Origin: Eledone cirrhosa
Taxonomy: Eukaryota
DNA: 64,000 bases
Direction of reading: 5' to 3'
Assembly: GCA_964016885.1 (NCBI GenBank)
Contig: OZ024745.1
Span: 5,890,001-5,954,000 of the forward strand
Made by a program: the position numbers and the translations under genes. Below, piece by piece: positions 11,820-23,579 of the stretch. The notes beneath the pieces were generated by a model. That model worked only from the letters and a program-made list of their open reading frames with translations, was not told the origin of the DNA and did no database searches. Every line of letters begins with the position of its first letter. Position 1 is the first letter of the stretch.

Positions 11820-14800
11820 TCTAGTGTTGTGGGTTTGATTCCTGGTTTGAGGTGGTGGGTGGTCTAGTGTCTTGGGTTTGATTCCTGGGTTGAGGTTGTG
11901 GGTGGTCTAGTGTCGTGGGTTTGATTATGGGTTAGGGTGGTGTGTGGTTTAGTGTCGTGGGTTTGATTCCTGGTTTGAAGTGACGGGTGGTCTAGTGTCG
12001 TGGGTTGTTCCTGGTTTGAGGTGGTGGGTGGTCTAGTGTCGTGGGTTTGTTCCTGGTTTGAGGTGGTGGGTGGTCTAGTGTCGTGGGTTTGTTCCTGGTT
12101 TGAGCTGGTGGATGGTCTAGTGTCGTGGGTTTGTTCCTGGTTTGAGGTGGTGGGTGGTCTAGTGTTGTAGGTTTGTTCCTGGTTTGAGGTGGTGGGTGGT
12201 CTAGTGTCGTGGGTTTGTTACTGGTTTGAGGTGGTGGATGGTCTAGTGTCGTGGGTTTGTTCCTGGTTTGAGGGGGTGGATGGTCTAGTGTCATGGGTTT
12301 ATTCCTGGTTTGAGGTGGTGGATGGTCTAGTGTCGTGGGTTTGTTCCTGGTTTGAGGTGGTGGATGGTCTAGTGTCGTGGGTTTGTACCTGGTTTGAGGT
12401 GGTGGGTGGTCTAGTGTCGTGGGTTTTTTCCTGGTTTGAGGTGGTGGGTGGTCTAGTGTAGTGGGTTTGATTCCTGGTTTGAGGTGGTGGATGGTCTAGT
12501 GTCGTGGGTTTGTTCCTGGTTTGAGGAGGTGGATAGTCTAGTGTCGTGGGTTTGTTCCTGGGTTTGAGGTGGTGGGTGGTCTAGTGTCGTGGGTTTGTTC
12601 CTGGTTTGAAGTGGTGGGTGGTCTAGTGTCGTGGGTTTTCTCCTGGTTTGAGGTGGTGGGTGGTCTAGTGTCGTGGGTTTGTTCCTGGTTTGAGGTGGTG
12701 GGTGGTCTAGTGTCGTGGGTTTGATTCCTGTTTTGAGGTGGTGGATGGTCTAGTGTCGTGGGTTTGATTCCTGGGTTGGGGTGGTGGGTGGTCTAGTGTC
12801 GTGGGTTTGATTCCTGGGTTGGGGTGGTGGGTGGTCTAGTGTCGTGGGTTTGTTCCTGGTTTGAGGTGGTGGGTGGTCTAGTGTCGTGGGTTTGATTCCT
12901 GGGTTGGGGTGGTGGGTGGTCTAGTGTCGTGGGGTTGATTCCTGGGTTGGGGTGGTGGGTGGTCTAGTGTCGGTGGTTTGATTCCTGGTTTGAGGTGGTG
13001 GGTGGTCTATTATCGTGGGTTTGATTCCTGGTTTGAGGTGGTGGATGGTCTAGTGTCGTGGGTTTGTTCCTGGTTTGAGGTGGTGGATGGTCTAGTGTCG
13101 TGGGTTTGTTCCTGGTTTGAGGTGGTGGATGGTCTAGTGTCGTGGGTTTGTTCCTGTTTTGAGGTGGTGGATGGTCTAGTGTCGTGGGTTTGTTCCTGGT
13201 TTGAGGTGGTGGGTGGTCTAGTGTCGTGGGTTTGGTCCTGGTTTGAGGTGGTGGATGGTCTAGTGTCGTGGGTTTGTTCCTGGTTTGAGGTGGTGGATGG
13301 TCTAGTGTCGTGGGTTTGTTCCTGGTTTGAGGTGGTGGATGGTCTAGTGTCGTGGGTTTGTTCCTGGTTTGAGGTGGTGGATGGTCTAGTGTCGTGGGTT
13401 TGTTCCTGGTTTGAGGTGGTGGGTGGTCTAGTGTCGTGGGTTTTTTCCTGGTTTGAGGTGGTGGGTGGTCTAGTGTCGTGGGTTTGATTCCTGGATTGAG
13501 GTGGTGGATGGTCTAGTGTCGTGGGTTTGATTCCTGGGTTGGGGTGGTGGGTGGTCTAGTGTCGTGGGTTTGATTCCTGGGTTGGCGTGGTGGGTGGTCT
13601 AGTGTCGTGGGTTTGTTCCTGGTTTGAGGTGGTGGATAGTCTAGTGTCGTGGGTTTGTTCCTGGTTTGAGGTGGTGGATGGTCTAGTGTCGTGGGTTTGT
13701 TCCTGGGTTTGAGGTGGTGGGTGGTCTAGTGTCGTGGGTTTGTTCCTGGTTTGAGGTGGTGGGTGTTCTAGTGTCGTGGGTTTTTCCTGGTTTGAGGTGG
13801 TGGGTGGTCTAGTGTCGTGGGTTTGTTCCTGGTTTGAGCTGGTGGATGGTCTAGTGTCGTGGGTTTGATTCCTGTTTTGAGGTGGTGGATGGTCTAGTGT
13901 CGTGGGTTTGATTCCTGGGTTGGGGTGGTGGGTGGTCTAGTGTCGTGGGTTTGATTCCTGGGTTGAGGTGGTGGGTGGTCTAGTGTCGTGGGTTTGTTCC
14001 TGGTTTGAGGTGGTGGATGGTCTAGTGTCGTGGGTTTGATTCCTGGGTTGGGGTGGTGGGTGGTCTAGTGTCGTGGGGTTGATTCCTGGGTTGGGGTGGT
14101 GGGTGGTCTAGTGTCGTGGGTTTGATTCCTGGTTTGAGGTGGCTGGTGGTCTATTATCGTGGGTTTGATTCCTGGTTTGAGGTGGTGGATGGTCTAGTGT
14201 CGTGGGTTTGTTCCTGGTTTGAGGTGGTGGATGGTCTAGTGTCGTGGATTTGTTCCTGGTTTGAGGTGGTGGATGGTCTAGTGTCGTGGGTTTGTTCCTG
14301 GTTTGAGGTGGTGGATGGTCTAGTGTCGTGGGTTTGTTCCTGGTTTGAGGTGGTGGGTGGTCTAGTGTCGTGTGTTTGTTCCTGGTTTGAGGTGGTGGAT
14401 AGTCTAGTGTCGTGGGTTTGTTCCTGGTTTGAGGTGGTGGATGGTCTAGTGTCGTGGGTTTGATTCCTGGTTTGAGGTGGTGGGTGGTCTATTATCGTGG
14501 GTTTGATTCCTGGTTTGAGGTGGTGGATGGTCTAGTGTCGTGGGTTTGTTCCTGGTTTGAGGTGGTGGATGGTCTAGTGTCGTGGGTTTGTTCCTGGTTT
14601 GAGGTGGTGGATGGTCTAGTGTCGTAGGTTTGTTCCTGGTTTGAGGTGGTGGATGGTCTAGTGTCGTGGGTTTGTTCCTGGTTTGAGGTGGTGGGTGGTC
14701 TAGTGTCGTGGGTTTGTTCTTGGTTTGAGGTGGTGGATAGTCTAGTGTTGTGGGTTTGTTCCTGGTTTGAGGTGGTGGATAGTCTAGTGTCGTGGGTTTG

Positions 14801-17800
14801 TTCCTGGTTTGAGGTGGTGGATGGTCTAGTGTCGTGGGTTTGTTCCTGGTTTGAGGTGGTGGATGGTCTAGTGTCGTGGGTTTGTTCCTGGTTTGAGGTG
14901 GTGGGTGGTCTAGTGTCGTGGGTTTGTTCTTGGTTTGAGGTGGTGGATAGTCTACTGTTGTGGGTTTGTTCCTGGTTTGAGGTGGTGGATGGTCTAGTGT
15001 CGTGGGTTTGTTCCAGGGTTTGAGGTGGTGGGTGGTCTAGTGTTGTGGGTTTGATTCCTGGTTTGAGGTGGTGGGTGGTCTAGTGTCTTGGGTTTGATTC
15101 CTGGGTTGAGGTTGTGGGTGGTCTAGTGTCGTGGGTTTGATTATGGGTTAGGGTGGTGTGTGGTTTAGTGTCGTGGGTTTGATTCCTGGTTTGAAGTGAC
15201 GGGTGGTCTAGTGTCGTGGGTTGTTCCTGGTTTGAGGTGGTGGGTGGTCTAGTGTCGTGGGTTTGTTCCTGGTTTGAGGTGGTGGGTGGTCTAGTGTCGT
15301 GGGTTTGTTCCTGGTTTGAGCTGGTGGATGGTCTAGTGTCGTGGGTTTGTTCCTGGTTTGAGGTGGTGGGTGGTCTAGTGTTGTAGGTTTGTTCCTGGTT
15401 TGAGGTGGTGGGTGGTCTAGTGTCGTGGGTTTGTTACTGGTTTGAGGTGGTGGATGGTCTAGTGTCGTGGGTTTGTTCCTGGTTTGAGGGGGTGGATGGT
15501 CTAGTGTCATGGGTTTATTCCTGGTTTGAGGTGGTGGATGGTCTAGTGTCGTGGGTTTGTTCCTGGTTTGAGGTGGTGGATGGTCTAGTGTCGTGGGTTT
15601 GTACCTGGTTTGAGGTGGTGGGTGGTCTAGTGTCGTGGGTTTTTTCCTGGTTTGAGGTGGTGGGTGGTCTAGTGTAGTGGGTTTGATTCCTGGTTTGAGG
15701 TGGTGGATGGTCTAGTGTCGTGGGTTTGTTCCTGGTTTGAGGAGGTGGATAGTCTAGTGTCGTGGGTTTGTTCCTGGTTTGAGCTGGTGGATGGTCTAGT
15801 GTCGTGGGTTTGTTCCTGGGTTTGAGGTGGTGGGTGGTCTAGTGTCGTGGGTTTGTTCCTGGTTTGAAGTGGTGGGTGGTCTAGTGTCGTGGGTTTTCTC
15901 CTGGTTTGAGGTGGTGGGTGGTCTAGTGTCGTGGGTTTGTTCCTGGTTTGAGGTGGTGGGTGGTCTAGTGTCGTGGGTTTGATTCCTGTTTTGAGGTGGT
16001 GGATGGTCTAGTGTCGTGGGTTTGATTCCTGGGTTGGGGTGGTGGGTGGTCTAGTGTCGTGGGTTTGATTCCTGGGTTGGGGTGGTGGGTGGTCTAGTGT
16101 CGTGGGTTTGTTCCTGGTTTGAGGTGGTGGGTGGTCTAGTGTCGTGGGTTTGATTCCTGGGTTGGGGTGGTGGGTGGTCTAGTGTCGTGGGGTTGATTCC
16201 TGGGTTGGGGTGGTGGGTGGTCTAGTGTCGTGGGTTTGATTCCTGGTTTGAGGTGGTGGGTGGTCTATTATCGTGGGTTTGATTCCTGGTTTGAGGTGGT
16301 GGATGGTCTAGTGTCGTGGGTTTGTTCCTGGTTTGAGGTGGTGGATGGTCTAGTGTCGTGGGTTTGTTCCTGGTTTGAGGTGGTGGATGGTCTAGTGTCG
16401 TGGGTTTGTTCCTGTTTTGAGGTGGTGGATGGTCTAGTGTCGTGGGTTTGTTCCTGGTTTGAGGTGGTGGGTGGTCTAGTGTCGTGGGTTTGGTCCTGGT
16501 TTGAGGTGGTGGATGGTCTAGTGTCGTGGGTTTGTTCCTGGTTTGAGGTGGTGGATGGTCTAGTGTCGTGGGTTTGTTCCTGGTTTGAGGTGGTGGATGG
16601 TCTAGTGTCGTGGGTTTGTTCCTGGTTTGAGGTGGTGGATGGTCTAGTGTCGTGGGTTTGTTCCTGGTTTGAGGTGGTGGGTGGTCTAGTGTCGTGGGTT
16701 TTTTCCTGGTTTGAGGTGGTGGGTGGTCTAGTGTCGTGGGTTTGATTCCTGGATTGAGGTGGTGGATGGTCTAGTGTCGTGGGTTTGATTCCTGGGTTGG
16801 AGTGGTGGGTGGTCTAGTGTCGTGGGTTTGATTCCTGGGTTGGCGTGGTGGGTGGTCTAGTGTCGTGGGTTTGTTCCTGGTTTGAGGTGGTGGATAGTCT
16901 AGTGTCGTGGGTTTGTTCCTGGTTTGAGGTGGTGGATGGTCTAGTGTCGTGGGTTTGTTCCTGGGTTTGAGGTGGTGGGTGGTCTAGTGTCGTGGGTTTG
17001 TTCCTGGTTTGAGGTGGTGGGTGTTCTAGTGTCGTGGGTTTTTCCTGGTTTGAGGTGGTGGGTGGTCTAGTGTCGTGGGTTTGTTCCTGGTTTGAGCTGG
17101 TGGATGGTCTAGTGTCGTGGGTTTGATTCCTGTTTTGAGGTGGTGGATGGTCTAGTGTCGTGGGTTTGATTCCTGGGTTGGGGTGGTGGGTGGTCTAGTG
17201 TCGTGGGTTTGATTCCTGGGTTGAGGTGGTGGGTGGTCTAGTGTCGTGGGTTTGTTCCTGGTTTGAGGTGGTGGATGGTCTAGTGTCGTGGGTTTGATTC
17301 CTGGGTTGGGGTGGTGGGTGGTCTAGTGTCGTGGGGTTGATTCCTGGGTTGGGGTGGTGGGTGGTCTAGTGTCGTGGGTTTGATTCCTGGTTTGAGGTGG
17401 CTGGTGGTCTATTATCGTGGGTTTGATTCCTGGTTTGAGGTGGTGGATGGTCTAGTGTCGTGGGTTTGTTCCTGGTTTGAGGTGGTGGATGGTCTAGTGT
17501 CGTGGATTTGTTCCTGGTTTGAGGTGGTGGATGGTCTAGTGTCGTGGGTTTGTTCCTGGTTTGAGGTGGTGGATGGTCTAGTGTCGTGGGTTTGTTCCTG
17601 GTTTGAGGTGGTGGGTGGTCTAGTGTCGTGTGTTTGTTCCTGGTTTGAGGTGGTGGATAGTCTAGTGTCGTGGGTTTGTTCCTGGTTTGAGGTGGTGGAT
17701 GGTCTAGTGTCGTGGGTTTGATTCCTGGTTTGAGGTGGTGGGTGGTCTATTATCGTGGGTTTGATTCCTGGTTTGAGGTGGTGGATGGTCTAGTGTCGTG

Positions 17801-18200
17801 GGTTTGTTCCTGGTTTGAGGTGGTGGATGGTCTAGTGTCGTGGGTTTGTTCCTGGTTTGAGGTGGTGGGTGGTCTAGTGTCGTGGGTTTGTTCTTGGTTT
17901 GAGGTGGTGGATAGTCTAGTGTTGTGGGTTTGTTCCTGGTTTGAGGTGGTGGATAGTCTAGTGTCGTGGGTTTGTTCCTGGTTTGAGGTGGTGGATGGTC
18001 TAGTGTCGTGGGTTTGTTCCTGGTTTGAGGTGGTGGATGGTCTAGTGTCGTGGGTTTGTTCCTGGTTTGAGGTGGTGGGTGGTCTAGTGTCGTGGGTTTG
18101 TTCTTGGTTTGAGGTGGTGGATAGTCTACTGTTGTGGGTTTGTTCCTGGTTTGAGGTGGTGGATGGTCTAGTGTCGTGGGTTTGTTCCAGGGTTTGAGGT
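11820..18200 (+). repeat. Tandem duplication of a ~3.2-kb unit
   Basis: gaagtgacgg at 11977/15193 and identical ORFs 11992/15208 and 12189/15405 give an offset of 3216. ORFs 14116/17374 give 3258, one extra monomer. Confidence 0.85.
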
Positions 18201-21200
18201 GGTGGGTGGTCTAGTGTCGTGGGTTTGTTCCTGGTTTGAGGTGGTGGGTGGTCAAGTGTCGTGGGTTTGTTCCTGGTTTGAGCTGGTGGATGGTCTAGTG
18301 TCGTGGGTTTGTTCCTGGTTTGAGGTGGTGGATGGTCTAGTGTCGTGGGTTTGTTCCTGGTTTGAGGTGGTGGATGGTCTAGTGTCGTGGGTTTGTTCCT
18401 GGTTTGAGGTGGTGGATGGTCTAGTGTCGTGGGTTTGTTCCTGGTTTGAAGTGGTGGGTGGTCTAGTGTCGTGGGTTTTTTCCTAGTTTGAGGTGGTGGG
18501 TGGTCTAGTGTCGTGGGTTTGATTCATGGTTTGAGGTGGTGGATGGTCTAGTGTCGTGGGTTTGATTCTTGGGTTGGGGTGGTGGGTGGTCTAGTGTCGT
18601 GGGTTTGATTCCTGGGTTGGGGTGGTGGGTGGTCTAGTGTCATGGGTTTGTTCCTGGTTTGAGGTGGTGGATAGTCTAGTGTCGTGGGTTTGTTCCTGGT
18701 TTGAGGTGGTGGATGGTCTAGTGTCGTGGGTTTGTTCCTGGGTTTGAGGTGGTGGGTGGTCTAGTGTCGTGGGTTTGTTCCTGGTTTGAGGTGGTGGGTG
18801 GTCTAGTGTCGTGGGTTTTTTCCTGGTTTGAGGTGGTGGGTGGTCTAGTGTCGTGGGTTTGTTCCTGGTTTGAGGTGGTGGGTGGTCTAGTGTCGTGGGT
18901 TTGATTCCTGTTTTGAGGTGGTGGATGGTCTAGTGTCGTGGGTTTGATTCCTGGGTTGGGGTGCTGGGTGGTCTAGTGTCGTGGGTTTGATTCCTGGGTT
19001 TGGGTGGTGGGTTGTCTAGTGTCGTGTGTTTGTTCCTGGTTTGAGGTGGTGGGTGGTCTAGTGTCGTGGGTTTCATTCCTGGGTTGGGGTGGTGGCTGGT
19101 CTAATGTCGTGGGGTTGATTCCTGGTTTGAGGTGGTGGGTGGTCTAGTGTCGTGGGTTTGATTCCTGGGTTGGTGTGGTGGGTGGTCTAGTGCCGTGGGT
19201 TTGATTCCTGGTTTGATGTGGTGCATGGTCTAGTGTCGTGGGTTTGATACCTGGTTTGGGGTGGTCGGTGGTCTAGTGTCGTGGGTTTGATTATGGGTTG
19301 GGGTGGTGGTTGGTCTAGTTTCGTGGGATTGATTCTTGGGTTGGGGTGGTGGGTGGTCTAGTGTCGTGGGGTTGATTCCTGGTTTGAGGTGGTGGGTGGT
19401 CTAGTATCGTTGGTTTGATTATGGGTTGGGGTGGTGGGTGGTCTAGTGTTGTGGGTTTGATTCCTGGTTTGAGGTGGTGGGTGGTCTAGTGTCTTGGGTT
19501 TGATTCCTGGGTTGAGGTTGTGGGTGGTCTAGTGTCGTGGGTTTGATTATGGGTTAGGGTGGTGTGTGGTTTAGTGTCGTGGGTTTGATTCCTGGTTTGA
19601 AGTGACGGGTGGTCTAGTGTCGTGGGTTGTTCCTGGTTTGAGGTGGTGGGTGGTCTAGTGTCGTGGGTTTGTTCCTGGTTTGAGGTGGTGGGTGGTCTAG
19701 TGTCGTGGGTTTGTTCCTGGTTTGAGCTGGTGGATGGTCTAGTGTCGTGGGTTTGTTCCTGGTTTGAGGTGGTGGGTGGTCTAGTGTTGTAGGTTTGTTC
19801 CTGGTTTGAGGTGGTGGGTGGTCTAGTGTCGTGGATTTGTTCATGGTTTGAGGTGGTGGCTGGTCTAGTGTCGTGGGTTTGTTCCTGGTTTGAGGTGGTG
19901 GGTGGTCTAGTGTCGTGGGTTTGATTCCTGGGTTGGGGTGGTGGCTGGTCTAATGTCGTGGGGTTGATTCCTGGTTTGAGGTGGTGGATGGTCTAGTGTC
20001 GTGGGTTTGATTCCTGGTTTGAGGTGGTGGATGGTCAAGTGTCGTGGGTTTGTTCCTGGTTTGAGGTGGTGGATGGTCTAGTGTCGTGGGTTTGTTCCTG
20101 GTTTGAGGTGGTGGATGGTCTAGTGTCGTGGGTTTGTTCCTGGTTTGAGGTGGTGGATGGTCTAGTGTCGTGGGTTTGTTCCTGGTTTGAGGTGGTGGGT
20201 GGTCTAGTGTCGTGGGTTTGTTCTTGGTTTGAGGTGGTGGATAGTCTAGTGTCGTGGGTTTGTTCCTGGTTTGAGGTGGTGGATGGTCTAGTGTCGTGGG
20301 TTTGTTCCAGGGTTTGAGGTGGTGGGTGGTCTAGTGTCGTGGGTTTGTTCCTGGTTTGAGGTGGTGGGTGGTCAAGTGTCGTGGGTTTGTTCCTGGTTTG
20401 AGCTGCTGGATGGTCTAGTGTCGTGGGTTTGTTCCTGGTTTGAGGTGGTGGATGGTCTAGTGTCGTGGGTTTGTTCCTGGTTTGAGGTGGTGGATGGTCT
20501 AGTGTCGTGGGTTTGTTCCTGGTTTGAGGTGGTGGATCGTCTAGTGTCGTGGGTTTGTTCCTGGTTTGAGGTGGTGGGTGGTCTAGTGTCGTGGGTTTTT
20601 TCCTAGTTTGAGGTGGTGGGTGGTCTAGTGTAGTGGGTTTGATTCATGGTTTGAGGTGGTGGGTGGTCTAGTGTCGTGGGTTTGATTCTTGGGTTGGGGT
20701 GGTGGGTGGTCTAGTGTCGTGGGTTTGATTCCTGGGTTGGGGTGGTGGGTGGTCTAGTGTCATGGGTTTGTTCCTGGTTTGAGGTGGTGGATAGTCTAGT
20801 GTCGTGGGTTTGTTCCTGGTTTGAGGTGGTGGATGGTCTAGTGTCGTGGGTTTGTTCCTGGGTTTGAGGTGGTGGGTGGTCTAGTGTCGTGGGTTTGTTC
20901 CTGGTTTGAGGTGGTGGGTGGTCTAGTGTCGTGGGTTTTTTCCTGGTTTGAGGTGGTGGGTGGTCTAGTGTCGTGGGTTTGTTCCTGGTTTGAGGTGGTG
21001 GGTGGTCTAGTGTCGTGGGTTTGATTCCTGTTTTGAGGTGGTGGATGGTCTAGTGTCGTGGGTTTGATTCCTGGGTTGGGGTGCTGGGTGGTCTAGTGTC
21101 GTGGGTTTGATTCCTGGGTTTGGGTGGTGGGTTGTCTAGTGTCGTGTGTTTGTTCCTGGTTTGAGGTGGTGGGTGGTCTAGTGTCGTGGGTTTCATTCCT

Positions 21201-22800
21201 GGGTTGGGGTGGTGGCTGGTCTAATGTCGTGGGGTTGATTCCTGGTTTGAGGTGGTGGGTGGTCTAGTGTCGTGGGTTTGATTCCTGGGTTGGTGTGGTG
21301 GGTGGTCTAGTGCCGTGGGTTTGATTCCTGGTTTGATGTGGTGCATGGTCTAGTGTCGTGGGTTTGATACCTGGTTTGGGGTGGTCGGTGGTCTAGTGTC
21401 GTGGGTTTGATTATGGGTTGGGGTGGTGGTTGGTCTAGTTTCGTGGGATTGATTCTTGGGTTGGGGTGGTGGGTGGTCTAGTGTCGTGGGGTTGATTCCT
21501 GGTTTGAGGTGGTGGGTGGTCTAGTATCGTTGGTTTGATTATGGGTTGGGGTGGTGGGTGGTCTAGTGTTGTGGGTTTGATTCCTGGTTTGAGGTGGTGG
21601 GTGGTCTAGTGTCTTGGGTTTGATTCCTGGGTTGAGGTTGTGGGTGGTCTAGTGTCGTGGGTTTGATTATGGGTTAGGGTGGTGTGTGGTTTAGTGTCGT
21701 GGGTTTGATTCCTGGTTTGAAGTGACGGGTGGTCTAGTGTCGTGGGTTGTTCCTGGTTTGAGGTGGTGGGTGGTCTAGTGTCGTGGGTTTGTTCCTGGTT
21801 TGAGGTGGTGGGTGGTCTAGTGTCGTGGGTTTGTTCCTGGTTTGAGCTGGTGGATGGTCTAGTGTCGTGGGTTTGTTCCTGGTTTGAGGTGGTGGGTGGT
21901 CTAGTGTTGTAGGTTTGTTCCTGGTTTGAGGTGGTGGGTGGTCTAGTGTCGTGGATTTGTTCATGGTTTGAGGTGGTGGCTGGTCTAGTGTCGTGGGTTT
22001 GTTCCTGGTTTGAGGTGGTGGGTGGTCTAGTGTCGTGGGTTTGATTCCTGGGTTGGGGTGGTGGCTGGTCTAATGTCGTGGGGTTGATTCCTGGTTTGAG
22101 GTGGTGGATGGTCTAGTGTCGTGGGTTTGATTCCTGGTTTGAGGTGGTGGATGGTCAAGTGTCGTGGGTTTGTTCCTGGTTTGAGGTGGTGGATGGTCTA
22201 GTGTCGTGGGTTTGTTCCTGGTTTGAGGTGGTGGATGGTCTAGTGTCGTGGGTTTGTTCCTGGTTTGAGGTGGTGGATGGTCTAGTGTCGTGGGTTTGTT
22301 CCTGGTTTGAGGTGGTGGGTGGTCTAGTGTCGTGGGTTTGTTCTTGGTTTGAGGTGGTGGATAGTCTAGTGTCGTGGGTTTGTTCCTGGTTTGAGGTGGT
22401 GGATGGTCTAGTGTCGTGGGTTTGTTCCAGGGTTTGAGGTGGTGGGTGGTCTAGTGTCGTGGGTTTGTTCCTGGTTTGAGGTGGTGGGTGGTCAAGTGTC
22501 GTGGGTTTGTTCCTGGTTTGAGCTGCTGGATGGTCTAGTGTCGTGGGTTTGTTCCTGGTTTGAGGTGGTGGATGGTCTAGTGTCGTGGGTTTGTTCCTGG
22601 TTTGAGGTGGTGGATGGTCTAGTGTCGTGGGTTTGTTCCTGGTTTGAGGTGGTGGATCGTCTAGTGTCGTGGGTTTGTTCCTGGTTTGAGGTGGTGGGTG
22701 GTCTAGTGTCGTGGGTTTTTTCCTAGTTTGAGGTGGTGGGTGGTCTAGTGTAGTGGGTTTGATTCATGGTTTGAGGTGGTGGGTGGTCTAGTGTCGTGGG
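18180..22800 (+). repeat. Near-identical tandem duplication with a 2120-bp (~50-monomer) unit
   Basis: Identical ORF pairs 19614/21734, 20024/22144 and 20319/22439, plus markers gaagtgacgg 19599/21719 and gtgcatgg 19221/21341, are all offset by 2120. Confidence 0.9.
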
Positions 22801-23579
22801 TTTGATTCCTGGGTTGGGGTGGTGGGTGGTCTAGTGTCGTGGGTTTGTTCCTGTTTTGAGGTGGTGGATAGTCTAGTGTCGTGGGTTTGTTCCTGGTTTG
22901 AGGTGGTGGATGGTCTAGTGTCGTGGGTTTGTTCCTGGGTTTGAGGTGGTGGGTGGTCTAGTGTCGTGGGTTTGTTCCTGGTTTGAGGTGGTGGGTGGTC
23001 TAGTGTCGTGGGTTTTTTCCTGGTTTGAGGTGGTGGGTGGTCTAGTGTCGTGGGTTTGTTCCTGGTTTGAGGTGGTGGGTGGTCTAGTGTCGTGGGTTTG
23101 ATTCCTGTTTTGAGGTGGTGGATGGTCTAGTGTCGTGGGTTTGATTCCTGGGTTGGGGTGCTGGGTGGTCTAGTGTCGTGGGTTTGATTCCTGGGTTGGT
23201 GTGGTGGGTGGTCTATTGCCGTGGGTTTGATTCCTGGTTTGATGTGGTGCATGGTCTAGTGTCGTGGGTTTGATACCTGGGTTGGGGTGGTGGGTGGTCT
23301 AGTGTCGTGGGTTTGATTATGGGTTGGGGTGGTGGTTGGTCTAGTTTCGTGGGATTGATTCTTGGGTTGGGGTGGTGGGTGGTCTAGTGTCGTGGGGTAG
23401 ATTCCTGGTTTGAGGTGGTGGGTGGTCTAGTATCTTTGGTTTGATTATGGGTTGGGGTGGTGGGTGGTCTAGTGTTGTGGGTTTGATTCCTGGTTTGAGG
23501 TTGTGGGTGGTCTAGTGTCGTGGGTTTGATTATGGGTTAGGGTGGTGTGTGGTCTAGTGTCGTGGGTTTGATTCCTGGT

